Assembly (NCBI GenBank): GCA_951812855.1
Contig: OX638337.1
Location: forward strand, 1,042,486 to 1,106,485
Origin: an uncultured Lentisphaeria bacterium
GTDB taxonomy: Bacteria > Verrucomicrobiota > Lentisphaeria > JABSQK01 > JAJFLO01
Reading direction: 5' to 3'
DNA length: 64,000 nt
In this document: one piece after another, positions 1-9,836 of the stretch
Layout: each line of letters opens with the position of its first letter
How positions within the stretch are numbered: the stretch's first letter is position 1
Program-made: the position numbers and the translations under genes
Notes under the pieces: model-generated
What the model was told of the DNA's origin: nothing
Databases searched by the model: none
What the model saw: the letters and a program-made list of their open reading frames with translations, nothing else

Positions 1-820
1 TGAATTTAATACAGGTGTTTACGTATTTAAATTGGCACCATTCAAGTTCAGTCTGTCCCAGTTGAAAAATGACAATGCCCAAAACGAATTTTACATGACA
101 GACATGATTAAAATATTTAACCAAAATGCATTGACTGTTCGATCTGTGTATGCGTCTGATTCGAGTACGGTTTTAGGATTTAATAACAAGAGTGTATTAA
201 AGGAAATGGATCGTATTGCCGGTGAAAAAGTTTATGATCAGCTGAAAGACATTATTACAATTGATGATAAGGACGATTTTTTCATTGACGATAACGTTGT
301 TTCACAAATCATAGAAATGGACAAAAAATATGCACCGCTTGATATCGTCATTGGCAAGGGTGTTTACATTGGCACAGGTGTTGTTCTTAACCGGGGAGTA
401 AATCTTCGGGACAGAGTATATTTAAGTGGAAATATTGAACTTGGTAAAAATGTTCGGATCCATGAAAATGTTATGATGACCACCTTCCCCGATCAAACAC
501 TGTCCATCGGTGATAACAGCGAAATATTTCAGGGAAATATTTTTAAAGGGAATTTAGAGATTGGAGTACGATGTCGTATTGAATCCGGCGTCAATATTAC
601 CGGTTCTGATGATCACCCGACAAAGATTGATGATCATGTTTTAATTAAAGGGACCAGTTATTTATTTGGCTGCAAAGTTGACGAAAATGTAATCATTGAG
701 CATTCTGTTTTGAAATGTAAGTATATCGAAAAGACAATTCAGAGAGATGGTAATGTTAAAGCGATTCGCTGGATATTGCCAATGCCGGAAGGTCTGGATT
801 CAATTCATCCATTAGAATAA
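1..820 (+). CDS. Sugar-phosphate nucleotidyltransferase with C-terminal left-handed beta-helix (GlmU/GCD1-like), 5' partial; continues upstream of the window
   Basis: The frame is open from position 2 with no stop before the window edge. The N-terminal part (NTGVYVF...NAQNEFYMTDMI) matches the end of an NTP_transferase domain. Hexapeptide LbH repeats follow (IGKGVYIGTGVVLNRGVNL..., LGKNVRIHENV...). The GlmU-specific NYDGxNK motif is absent, so this is not GlmU itself. Confidence 0.5.
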   Translation, partial: EFNTGVYVFKLAPFKFSLSQLKNDNAQNEFYMTDMIKIFNQNALTVRSVYASDSSTVLGFNNKSVLKEMDRIAGEKVYDQLKDIITIDDKDDFFIDDNVVSQIIEMDKKYAPLDIVIGKGVYIGTGVVLNRGVNLRDRVYLSGNIELGKNVRIHENVMMTTFPDQTLSIGDNSEIFQGNIFKGNLEIGVRCRIESGVNITGSDDHPTKIDDHVLIKGTSYLFGCKVDENVIIEHSVLKCKYIEKTIQRDGNVKAIRWILPMPEGLDSIHPLE

Positions 821-1263
821 CATATGCGAATCATTTGTAGTGAATGTTAATTCTTCAGCACTCAACGTATATTGGGCACTGAATAAATCATGAACAGCAG
901 AGATCGGTTCAGGTTATTGGCATTTTTCTGGTAATAAGTTAACTCCTGAAAATTTAATTTTGCGTGTTTATTAAACGCATTAAAGTAAAAATCTGTATCA
1001 GGTATTAATTCGCCGATCCTGAAAAACGATTTAATATGCTTGTATTCAATATGTTATGTATCATATATCAGTTGATGAAATGCCCGAAAAATCAACTGTT
1101 TATCGTAATAACCGGTCAATCCGGTTGAACGAATCTAAGGAGAACCTAATGCAGGGGCAATCCCGGAATGGTAAAGAGTAACAATTTCTTTACAATGGTT
1201 TATGTTGAATCCGAATCACAGACTTTACCGACGCTCTCATGCAGTCCCGCGGGATAATTTTAG

Positions 1264-1830
1264 AAAAAGAGTTCAAGCAATATTATGACCTTTGTTTACA
1301 ATGGATCAAATCGCGTGATCAAGCGTATCGACAGTTTACAAAACAAAGAACAATTATTTTATGATGATGCCGGCAACCTGGAAATACGAATCGATCCGCC
1401 AAACTGAATAACAGGCTGTGAATTTGACGAAGTAACCCGTTTAGCAACAGTCCTTTATCCCGGTGAAACTATTAACTATACCTACTATGACGGCAATGGT
1501 AATTTGTGAACAATGATCGATGCTGACGGTACGACATTTTATTATTATGACGAATGAAACCGGCTAATATCCGTAAACGATCATAATCGCAATGCTGTCA
1601 GTTACGAGTATGACTCGAATAACAACAGGAAAAGAATAACTTATCCTGCAGGCTTTATCGTGGACTGTGTATATGACCCGGTTAATCGATTAAAAACAAT
1701 GACCTGGAATACGGATAAAACAGTGATTTTGGGTTATGATAATGCCGGCCGGTTGGTGACGATTCACTATCCAAATACTGTCATCGGATTCGCCCGATAT
1801 AAGGAGGTTCGATTGTCTCTAATTTGATTT
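1264..1830 (+). pseudogene. Rhs/YD-repeat protein internal fragment, interrupted by three in-frame TGA codons
   Basis: One frame reads through repeated YD motifs (YDDAGNLEIRID, YDGNGNL*TMIDADG, YDE*NRLISV, YDPVNRLKTM, YDNAGRLVTI). There is no plausible start and no N- or C-terminal Rhs domains. In-frame TGA codons lie at 1405-1407, 1507-1509 and 1555-1557. Confidence 0.6.
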
Positions 1831-1841
1831 GCTGATTTCCG

Positions 1842-3002
1842 TCACGCATTCTTGATTAGATCTCTAAATCGATGAAAGAGATATTGAGGATCGTGGGGGC
1901 CCGGTCCGGACTCAGGGTGATACTGTACTGCAAACATCGGTTCCTTTTCATGCTGTATACCCTCAATCGTATTATCATTTAAGTTAATGTGAGTAATCTC
2001 CAAATTATCTAAGTTGCATGTGGCAGCATCGATTGCAAAATTATGATTTTGTGATGTAATTTCGATTTTTTCTGTTGTTAAATCTTTTACGGGGTGATTG
2101 CACCCATGGTGCCCGAATTTCAGCCGGTATGTCTCGCCACCGCATGCAAGTCCCAGCAACTGATGGCCAAGGCAAATTCCCATAACAGGAACCTTGCCAA
2201 TTAATTGTCTGGCATTATCAATTGCATAAGAAACCGCGGCCGGATCCGCGGGTCCATTTGAATAAAAAACGCCGTCCGGTTTGAGTTTTAACACGTCTTC
2301 TGAGGTTGTTTTTGCAGGAACAACGGTTACATCCATACCACATATTCTTAAATTTCTGAGAATATTGTATTTAATACCAAAGTCATAGGCGACAATATTG
2401 AGATCAGCTTTAGGTAATTTATCCGATAAGCCCCAATAATCATTACTGCTGCATTTGACATCCCATCTATAGGTATCGTCACAACTTACTTTTGATGCAT
2501 AATCCTGTCCATCAAGACCTTCCCAATTTTTTGCATTGGTAATTGCGTCAGCTTCAGTAATTGTTCCACTGACACAGAGGAAGCCTTTCATTGTCCCCTC
2601 GGTCCTGAGTGTTGTCGTTAGTGCTCTCGTGTCAATCCCGGCTATTGCCGGGATTTTATTTTCCTTGAGGAATTCTGGAAGTGACTGTTCACTGCGCCAG
2701 TTTGCAGATTGATTAAGTTCATGAATGATTAAGCCATTTAAAAATAATCCTCTCGACTCCATATCAGCTGAATTAATACCGGTACTTCCAATTTCAGGGT
2801 ATGTCATCGTTACAAATTGACCGCAATAGGATGGATCACTTAGAATTTCCTGATACCCCGTCATGCCGGTATTAAAAACGATTTCACCGGTTTTATCGAT
2901 TTCAGATCCAATCGAGTGTCCACGATAAATTGTTCCATCTTCAAGTGCAAGAAATGCCTTTTGATTACGTTTCTCCTGCCAGTGCCAATTTTTTTGAGTC
3001 AT
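1842..3002 (-). CDS. carA: Carbamoyl-phosphate synthase small (glutamine amidotransferase) subunit
   Basis: 386 aa. Has a CPSase small-chain N-domain and a class I GATase with the catalytic GICLGHQLL motif and HHG. The gene ends with TGA. Confidence 0.9.
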   Translation of the reverse strand: MTQKNWHWQEKRNQKAFLALEDGTIYRGHSIGSEIDKTGEIVFNTGMTGYQEILSDPSYCGQFVTMTYPEIGSTGINSADMESRGLFLNGLIIHELNQSANWRSEQSLPEFLKENKIPAIAGIDTRALTTTLRTEGTMKGFLCVSGTITEADAITNAKNWEGLDGQDYASKVSCDDTYRWDVKCSSNDYWGLSDKLPKADLNIVAYDFGIKYNILRNLRICGMDVTVVPAKTTSEDVLKLKPDGVFYSNGPADPAAVSYAIDNARQLIGKVPVMGICLGHQLLGLACGGETYRLKFGHHGCNHPVKDLTTEKIEITSQNHNFAIDAATCNLDNLEITHINLNDNTIEGIQHEKEPMFAVQYHPESGPGPHDPQYLFHRFRDLIKNA

Positions 3003-3381
3003 ATCGTTTTCCAGTAGTTAAAATTAAAATATATGTCCAGAAAAATGTTATAAGCTATAACCTTTTTTAAAGAATGTTTATATTTAAGGGAATAATTTTT
3101 AAATTAATGAGTTACTTCCACTTTTTTAATTACAACAGAAATGATCGAAGCGAGTTTTCGTCAGCTTCTATATTTACAGGGAACATACAAACTGATTAAC
3201 AGTCATAATCGCTATCTGCCTGATTGAATTAAAAATCTTGTTTTTTCAAGTGTCCATATATTTCTGATAGTATCCTGGAGATTTTAGGAAGATCACGTTG
3301 GTATTTACTGATGTAGATCGTTAGATTCAGCGGGAAATCAAGTATGATTAATTTAATAATTCTTATAAGGGGCATTTTACT

Positions 3382-3804
3382 ATGGGATTAAACGAAATGC
3401 CGATGGGGCTGTCCCTGTTGATATGCGATTTAATTATTCAGGACAAGCAGACAAATAAACGGACATTGGTTGGCTTATTTGATCGTCTATTTACAGCAAA
3501 ACTTCCGTGTGTTCATCCTTCTTTATCTATTTTTGTGTCATTGACCAGCGGTCATGGACAGTATAATTGCGAAATTGTTTGTCGTCATCAAGCGAAGAAA
3601 GAGGTTACTTTTTCTGTAAAAGGTAACGTCGCGTTTCAAAATCCGTTACAGGTTGTAGAGCTGGTTTTTAATGTTCAGGGAATCACATTTCGTCATGAAG
3701 GTGAATATTGGCTTGAGTTTAATGTTGATGGTGTCCCGGTTATGATGAGGCGGATATTCATCGTTTTAAAGGAAAAAGAACCAGGCAAATCCGGATCGAA
3801 ATAA
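3382..3804 (+). CDS. Hypothetical cytoplasmic protein, first gene of the gspF-K operon
   Basis: 140 aa with no TM segment and no motif I recognise. Its stop is 4 nt before the gspF start, which suggests translational coupling. Confidence 0.4.
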   Translation: MGLNEMPMGLSLLICDLIIQDKQTNKRTLVGLFDRLFTAKLPCVHPSLSIFVSLTSGHGQYNCEIVCRHQAKKEVTFSVKGNVAFQNPLQVVELVFNVQGITFRHEGEYWLEFNVDGVPVMMRRIFIVLKEKEPGKSGSK

Positions 3805-3807
3805 TAC

Positions 3808-5013
3808 ATGCCTCTTTATAAATTTAAGATTTCAAATTCCGCCGGGAAAATTCAAGAGCTTTTGATTGAAGGTGATAATCAGGCTGATGCAACCCGGCGC
3901 CTGCAAATTCGCGGTTTGATTCCGATTGAATTTTTAGGGCAGAGTAACAGTTCGTCTTCGTCTCCGCCAATGCAATGGGGATTTCGGAAGAAGTTTGATG
4001 TGGCAGACTTTACCGATAGACTTGTCCCATTGCTGCAGGCAGACATTCCTTTAGAGAAAGCGTTGGCAATTGTTGAGGAAACGGGTGAAAGCCGGGATGA
4101 AAAAGAAATAATTTCCAGTTTAAGGCGAGGATTACATGAAGGACGAAAATTCTCCCAACTTATTCGGGATCGAAGTCAATTGTTCCCTAAAATGTATGCC
4201 AGTATCGTTGAAGCCGGCGAGGAAGCTGGAGCGTTACCCCAGGTTTTGGGTCAATTAAGAGATTTCCTGAATATGACGCGGGAAATGAAGGCTTTCTTAA
4301 TTTCAGCTTCAATCTATCCATTTTTTGTGATTGTTGTATGTGTGGGCGTTATTTCTTTGCTGCTGGGGATTGTCGTGCCTCGATTTGCACGAGTCATCGT
4401 CAGTACAGGACGAGAGCCGTCTTTCAGTACACAATTATTATTGAATTCTTCTGAGTTTATTCGGAATTATTGGTGGGGAGGATGCATTTTACTGGTGATT
4501 ATGATGTTTATTATAAAACAGGCTGAACATGAAGGAAAGGTAAAGGAAATTTGGGATTCGGCTGTACTTAAACTTCCATTTTTAAATCGAATCGTCATAC
4601 TCGCCAATATAGGTCGTCAGGTAAGAACAATGTCTATACTCATGAAGAGTGGTGTACATTTACTGGATACAGTTTCAATTTCCGCAAGAGTATTGCAGAA
4701 TAATAAATTAAGGGATTCTATCGCAGGACTTGCTGCAGAGTTGAAACGGGGAGAACGATTATCATCTGCACTAAGCCGCAGCCAGTATATTCCTCCTCTT
4801 GTTATCCGTATGTTATCGGTCGGTGAAGAGACGGGAGCAAGTGACGAAATGCTTGAGCGGGTAGCAGATCGCTATGATAGTGAGCTTAAACAAATAATCA
4901 AGAGGGCATTGGCCTGGTTTGAGCCTATGGTAATTGTATTATTGGGTGGTATCGTCGGCACAATTGTTCTTTTGCTGTTTTTAGCCGTATTAGATATCCA
5001 AAGCAGTTTTTAG
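3808..5013 (+). CDS. gspF: Type II secretion system inner-membrane platform protein GspF
   Basis: 401 aa with two T2SSF repeats (…EKALAIVEE…, …VGEETGASDEML…) and three TM helices. Topology and length are typical of GspF/PilC. Confidence 0.85.
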   Translation: MPLYKFKISNSAGKIQELLIEGDNQADATRRLQIRGLIPIEFLGQSNSSSSSPPMQWGFRKKFDVADFTDRLVPLLQADIPLEKALAIVEETGESRDEKEIISSLRRGLHEGRKFSQLIRDRSQLFPKMYASIVEAGEEAGALPQVLGQLRDFLNMTREMKAFLISASIYPFFVIVVCVGVISLLLGIVVPRFARVIVSTGREPSFSTQLLLNSSEFIRNYWWGGCILLVIMMFIIKQAEHEGKVKEIWDSAVLKLPFLNRIVILANIGRQVRTMSILMKSGVHLLDTVSISARVLQNNKLRDSIAGLAAELKRGERLSSALSRSQYIPPLVIRMLSVGEETGASDEMLERVADRYDSELKQIIKRALAWFEPMVIVLLGGIVGTIVLLLFLAVLDIQSSF

Positions 5014-5323
5014 CCGATTAATGATTTGAATGTTCTGTGAATAAATATTGTCTGTTTAAATTGTGTATTAACTGATTTCCAGGGTTAATAAAATAACGAT
5101 TTTTCAGCAATTCAAAATTACAGGTTTTTTTCGGGCATTTTTTGAATACGCTTTTGTTAAACACATTAGTCAGATTCGGTCAACAAGTATACAGTAATAA
5201 AAAGCAGGTTGTTCGTGATAATTCTGATTTATTTTGAATACGTTACGAAATATTGGTGTCAATTATCTTGATTATTGTGAATTAAATCATAAAAATTAAC
5301 TGGTCTGTCACAAGGATAACAGA

Positions 5324-5761
5324 ATGAATAAAATGAAATTTCAAAATGAGACGATAATACGATCATATTTTTCACTTACTGAATTAATGGTTGTATTATT
5401 GATTATTGGTCTTGTTGTGGGTCTGGTTGGACCCGCCTTATTTGAGCGTTACCAGGAGGCACAAAGAAAGGCTGCAAAAGCACAGATTATGCTTATTAAA
5501 GAATGTGTTAAGAGTTATTATCTTGATATGAATGAGTTCCCCCGATCGTTAGAAGATATTGTTAGAAACCCAGGTTCAGGCAGTAATTGGAAAGGACCCT
5601 ATATTGAAGATGCGATCATTCCTAAAGATCCATGGGGAAATGACTATCTGTATGATTTTCCCGGTAGAAATAATCGGGCATTTGAGATTTACAGTTATGC
5701 GAAAGATAATGCACCGGGCGGGGAGGGTGGTGATGCTGATGTGGGTAGTTGGAGTGAATAA
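5324..5761 (+). CDS. gspG: T2SS major pseudopilin GspG
   Basis: N-terminal class III signal (YFSLTELMVVLLIIG). Carries the GspG-specific body: KAQIMLIKECVKSYYLDMNEFP, WKGPY, PKDPWGNDYLY, the FEIYSYAKDNAPGGEGGDADV calcium loop and SWS. Position -1 is Tyr rather than Gly. Confidence 0.85.
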   Translation: MNKMKFQNETIIRSYFSLTELMVVLLIIGLVVGLVGPALFERYQEAQRKAAKAQIMLIKECVKSYYLDMNEFPRSLEDIVRNPGSGSNWKGPYIEDAIIPKDPWGNDYLYDFPGRNNRAFEIYSYAKDNAPGGEGGDADVGSWSE

Positions 5762-5843
5762 TTTAGCAGATGTTTTACACTCAATATCCGGACAATAATT
5801 TAGACCCGGAGAAGAGGTATATCTCAGCGGAATTCAAATTAAG

Positions 5844-6383
5844 ATGGCATATAGTAACCAAAATGTTACCAGGGAACAAACCCATTTTACGCTTTTAGAA
5901 ATCATTATCGTCTTAGTTATTTTTGGATTAGTTTTAGGAATCTTAGCACCAAGGCTTGGGCATATTTCTTCTGGCATTATTCGTTCAGACGCGATAAAAA
6001 ATATTAAATCTTCCTTTTATATGGCTTCAAGCATCGCAGCTGCTACAGGAAAACCGGTAAAACTCAAATTCGATATTGAGGAAAAGTCTATTGATATTAA
6101 TCATTCCAAAGCGTTGAACACGAGTCATGCAGATGATGATTTTGATACTCCGGGAGGTAGTATTTTTGACGATCTAAAACAATTTAAACTCCCCGGGAGT
6201 ACAGAGATAGATCCTAATTCACCTCACAGTTTTTCTGAAAATGCATTCGAATACAGTTTTTATCCGAATGGTGAAGCAGCGGGTCCAAAAATTTCTATTC
6301 TGATTGAACAAAGCATTATTTTATCGATTGATATTGATCGTTTAACCGGTAAACCTGTGATTGCTGCAGATGAATTCAACTAA
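5844..6383 (+). CDS. gspH: T2SS minor pseudopilin (GspH-like)
   Basis: Prepilin-type N-terminus HFTLLEIIIVLVIFG with Glu at +5. The 179-aa size and the position after gspG fit GspH. Position -1 is His. Confidence 0.6.
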   Translation: MAYSNQNVTREQTHFTLLEIIIVLVIFGLVLGILAPRLGHISSGIIRSDAIKNIKSSFYMASSIAAATGKPVKLKFDIEEKSIDINHSKALNTSHADDDFDTPGGSIFDDLKQFKLPGSTEIDPNSPHSFSENAFEYSFYPNGEAAGPKISILIEQSIILSIDIDRLTGKPVIAADEFN

Positions 6384-6771
6384 ACAATTTACTCTAATTG
6401 AAGTCCTGTTAGCGATGGTAGTTCTCGCCTTATCCCTTGGTGTCACGCTGGCAATTTCTGCACAGGCAAAAGGGGATATAATAAGAGCACAACAACGTTG
6501 GATTATGCAGCATTCTCTCGAACAGGTTGTTGAATATTGTTTGCTCGCAGATCCTGACCATATAAATATTCCGGACGATTTGCTGCCAGAGGGATTCTCA
6601 GCTGAATGCAACGTAGAAATTGTGGAAAATGGACTCCCTGAATTTGCAACCGTTGATGATTATAAAGGATGGCAGCTGGGAGTGTATACCGTTACTCTTT
6701 ATAATAACTCGGCCAATTTGACCAGTGAACAGATGGTCCATAAACTGATTCCACGCGATCGTGGGTTATGA
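6361..6771 (+). CDS. gspI: T2SS minor pseudopilin (GspI-like)
   Basis: QFTLIEVLLAMVVLAL prepilin N-terminus, about 130 aa, overlapping gspH. Position -1 is Gln. Confidence 0.6.
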   Translation: MLQMNSTKQFTLIEVLLAMVVLALSLGVTLAISAQAKGDIIRAQQRWIMQHSLEQVVEYCLLADPDHINIPDDLLPEGFSAECNVEIVENGLPEFATVDDYKGWQLGVYTVTLYNNSANLTSEQMVHKLIPRDRGL

Positions 6772-7418
6772 TGATTAAATCGAATCAGATGAAAAAGAAG
6801 TTTACTCTTATTGAGGTTATCATTGCCATATCACTTTTAGTTACAGTGATCGGTATTTTATTTCTGGGTACAGGAACTGTTATGAGTTCCTGGGAACAGC
6901 TGGGCAGGCATACAAAGAGTCTGGAGGAACTTTTCCTTTTAGATCGCAGCCTGGATTCTATACTCACAAATATCATCCCGATGACCTGGCCTAATGAAGA
7001 GAATAATAAACAGGAATCGTTATTTACCGGTGACAGTGACAGGGTTGTTTTTAGTTATATCCATTCATTTAATCGACTCGAAGACGGTGCAATTCGTACA
7101 TGTAATATGTTTGTTGAGGATGAAGCGTTAGTTATATATTATTGCGAGCGGCCGCCTTTTCCTGAAAATTTAAATTCGGAAATAGTAAAGCGATCGATAT
7201 TAGCTTACGACATTGATTCTGTTCGTTTTACCTACGTCGATCTGGATGAGGGTAACCTTGAATTTAAGGATACCTGGGAAGATGAAGATTACCTTCCACT
7301 GGGAATTCGAGTTGATGTCAGATTTATGAATGGCACCAGACAGAGTTGGTTTCGAAGAACTGCCGGATCATCATTTTACGAGCGGTGGGGGAAGTATGAG
7401 CAGAAAGAACGCACATGA
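6768..7418 (+). CDS. gspJ: T2SS minor pseudopilin (GspJ-like)
   Basis: KFTLIEVIIAISLL N-terminus, 216 aa, with a 4-bp ATGA overlap onto gspI. Position -1 is Lys. Confidence 0.6.
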   Translation: MMIKSNQMKKKFTLIEVIIAISLLVTVIGILFLGTGTVMSSWEQLGRHTKSLEELFLLDRSLDSILTNIIPMTWPNEENNKQESLFTGDSDRVVFSYIHSFNRLEDGAIRTCNMFVEDEALVIYYCERPPFPENLNSEIVKRSILAYDIDSVRFTYVDLDEGNLEFKDTWEDEDYLPLGIRVDVRFMNGTRQSWFRRTAGSSFYERWGKYEQKERT

Positions 7419-8500
7419 AACCGCTCCCGCATCATTATCGTCCCGGTGATATCCCGTTAAAAAATGAGAATGGTTTGGCATTGATTATAGTCCTGGGAGT
7501 TGTCAGTCTCTTTACGGTACTTTCGGGTATGCTGATCAGCTCTTCCAAAGTAGCGGGAATCAGTTCAAGAATCAATGTTGACCGAAGTCGAGCTAAATAT
7601 GCTGCAGAATCTGCAACGGCATTCACACATTGGATGGTAATGAATTACAACTTCAACCGTCCTAAGGAATTGATTGAGGAGGATTCTGAGGAGGAGGCCT
7701 GGCTGGCTGATGGGACTGTTCATAAACTTAATATGGTGGACGGGCTGACCGCTGAAGTAAAAATTTTTGATGTTAACCGTGGATGGAATATACGGAAACT
7801 TCGAAATGAAAAATCAAAACTGATTAATCGTTATGCCCTGGAAGATGACGAAAAACGGGAAGAATATAACCGATTTTTTGCTGTGTTTAACGACTATATA
7901 GACCGGGATAACAAAAATCGCAGCCACCCGGATTACGGAATGGAAAATGATGATTATGATGCATTGGGTTTTGAAAATTTTCCACGTAACAGCAGTGTTG
8001 TTTTCAGAGAAGAGATGTATTGGTTGGACAGTGTAAAATTTCTGGTGCCTAACTTAGGAGATTTGGAATCGTCCACTGCCTTGCCTGATGATTTATTCAG
8101 GGTCATCGCTCCACGTGGTATATCTGATCCGGGGTCAAATCAGTATTCATTTTGGTCAGCGCCAATGCATTGGCTCGAATCAAATATCCGTGATGGATTT
8201 TCAGGTTCAGAACGAAGTATAGTTTCAGAATGTCGGGAAAATGGATTTACTGATGAGCTAACCTTGCAGGAGTGTTTGGGATTTGACTTATTTTCGAAAT
8301 TAAAATCAATTAGAGGATTATCATTTGATCCCAGGAGTACACAGGTTTATACAATTGATGTTACTGTCTCAAGTGTTAACGGAGAGATTAATCGCCGGAT
8401 GGTCAGCACAATAAATTTGAAGAATATACCTGCATTTGTCGGAAATAGTAATGTTGGGCGGATGGTTACTCTTCCCTACTGGCAAAAAATATTTTATTGA
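7415..8500 (+). CDS. gspK: T2SS minor pseudopilin GspK-like
   Basis: 361 aa. N-terminus NENG|LALIIVLGVVSLF has Gly at -1 but no Glu at +5, which is diagnostic for GspK. There is a 4-bp overlap with gspJ. Confidence 0.6.
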   Translation: MKPLPHHYRPGDIPLKNENGLALIIVLGVVSLFTVLSGMLISSSKVAGISSRINVDRSRAKYAAESATAFTHWMVMNYNFNRPKELIEEDSEEEAWLADGTVHKLNMVDGLTAEVKIFDVNRGWNIRKLRNEKSKLINRYALEDDEKREEYNRFFAVFNDYIDRDNKNRSHPDYGMENDDYDALGFENFPRNSSVVFREEMYWLDSVKFLVPNLGDLESSTALPDDLFRVIAPRGISDPGSNQYSFWSAPMHWLESNIRDGFSGSERSIVSECRENGFTDELTLQECLGFDLFSKLKSIRGLSFDPRSTQVYTIDVTVSSVNGEINRRMVSTINLKNIPAFVGNSNVGRMVTLPYWQKIFY

Positions 8501-8689
8501 ACCCCGTATAAAGAGTCTTCGAATAATTTTGCAGGTTATTTTCTTTTGCAATACTTTTTTTGAATTCAGTGATGATAATTGAGGTGATTGCAAACGTATA
8601 TTCCGCCGGTAATAATCTTACATATGTGTTCAGCATGTCTGTACTTAAGGGCTGACGCAGACTTTTGATATTACCTCATTATCGCATCA

Positions 8690-9788
8690 ATCAATAAGGT
8701 TAAATTCTATAAACACGTCAAGGCTGCCTGGGAATAAAGCTGGTTCTTATGACGATTCAAACCAGCATAAACAGATCGGTATGAGGGTTATTGAAGCAAC
8801 GATTTTGTTAATTGTTGTTTCTGGATTGGGACCTGGGGTTATTATATCATTGAAGGCTGGAACTTGTTTGATTCTTTTTATATGACTATAATAACCCTGG
8901 CAACAGTTGGTTATGGAGAAACCCATGATCTGAGTACAATGGGGCGTCTATTTACGGTATGCCTCATTATTGTTTCTATTGGTGTTGTCGGTTATGGGGT
9001 GTCTAATTTGGCTGCATTTGTTGTCGAAGGTGAATTTCAACGTATTATTCAGGGGTCGAAGGTGAATTTCAACGTATTATTCAGGGTCGGAAAATGGATA
9101 AACGAATCGCAAAAATGAAAGGTCATATAATTCTTTGCGGTGCTGGACATAATGGGAAATGTGTTGCGATGGAATTTTTCAAAACACATACTCCATTTGT
9201 TGTGATTGAAAGACAATCACAATATATTGAGGATATTTTGGAAATTGGTGATATTCCTTATATACAGGGCGATGCGACAGCTGACAGTGATCTTATATCA
9301 GCAGGTATACATCGTGCTAAAGTGTGACTTCTCTATCTGATGACAAGGATAATACCTTTGTTGTACTGAGTGCCCGTTCACTGAATGCTAATTAAAAAAT
9401 TATTTCCAGGAATATTGAAATCCAGAATGCTGAAAAACTTCGGAAAGCCGGATCTGATGAGGTTATTTCTCCGAATTCAATTGGTGGTTTGCGAATAGCT
9501 TCGACAATGATTCATCCAACTGTGGTTCAGTTTCTCGATGCAATGCTCAAAGATACATCAACTGCCATTCGCTTTGAAGAAATACGTATTTCCGAGTTAA
9601 AGTCAATAGTCGGCTTATCCGTTAAAGAAGCTGATATCGCAAATAAAACTGGTTTAATTGAATTGGCTGTAATGCATGATAATGGCTCCTGTGAATTTAA
9701 CCCGGGTGATGAAATACGTTATAAAGAGGGAGACACCTTATTAGTCATGAGTTCACGGGACCAAATAGGCAGGCTTAAGAAAATTTGA
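8690..9788 (+). pseudogene. RCK-domain K+ channel (Kch/MthK-like), disrupted by multiple frameshifts, a tandem duplication and an in-frame stop
   Basis: Fragments in three frames carry an M1 helix (ATILLIVVSGLGPGVII), a pore helix plus selectivity filter (YMTIITLATVGYGE), RCK-N (IILCGAGHNG…VTSLSDDKDNTFVVLSARSLNAN*KII…AGSDEVISP) and RCK-C (9489-9788). Lesions: a frame change near 8815 at a T-run, a 32-bp tandem duplication at 9026-9088, a frame change near 9327, and an in-frame TAA near 9393. Confidence 0.75.
9026..9088. repeat. Perfect tandem direct duplication (32 nt + 31 nt) inside the K+ channel gene
   Basis: gaaggtgaatttcaacgtattattcaggggtc is followed immediately by gaaggtgaatttcaacgtattattcagggtc. 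Removing one copy restores the continuous reading …VVEGEFQRIIQGRKMDKRIAKMKGHIILCGAGHNG…. Confidence 0.9.
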
Positions 9789-9836
9789 ATTGCTTATGGT
9801 CAATGATAACTGAAAGATTACAATTTAATTCACACT

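Noticed and set aside
5559-7626. Small ORFs on the opposite strand or in alternate frames inside gsp genes (5559-5798, 6342-6611, 6785-6976, 7435-7626), and many similar 60-120-aa ORFs inside other large genes.
   Set aside because: They lie entirely within well-supported CDSs, have no motifs and have low-complexity translations. They are typical spurious ORFs of AT-rich DNA.
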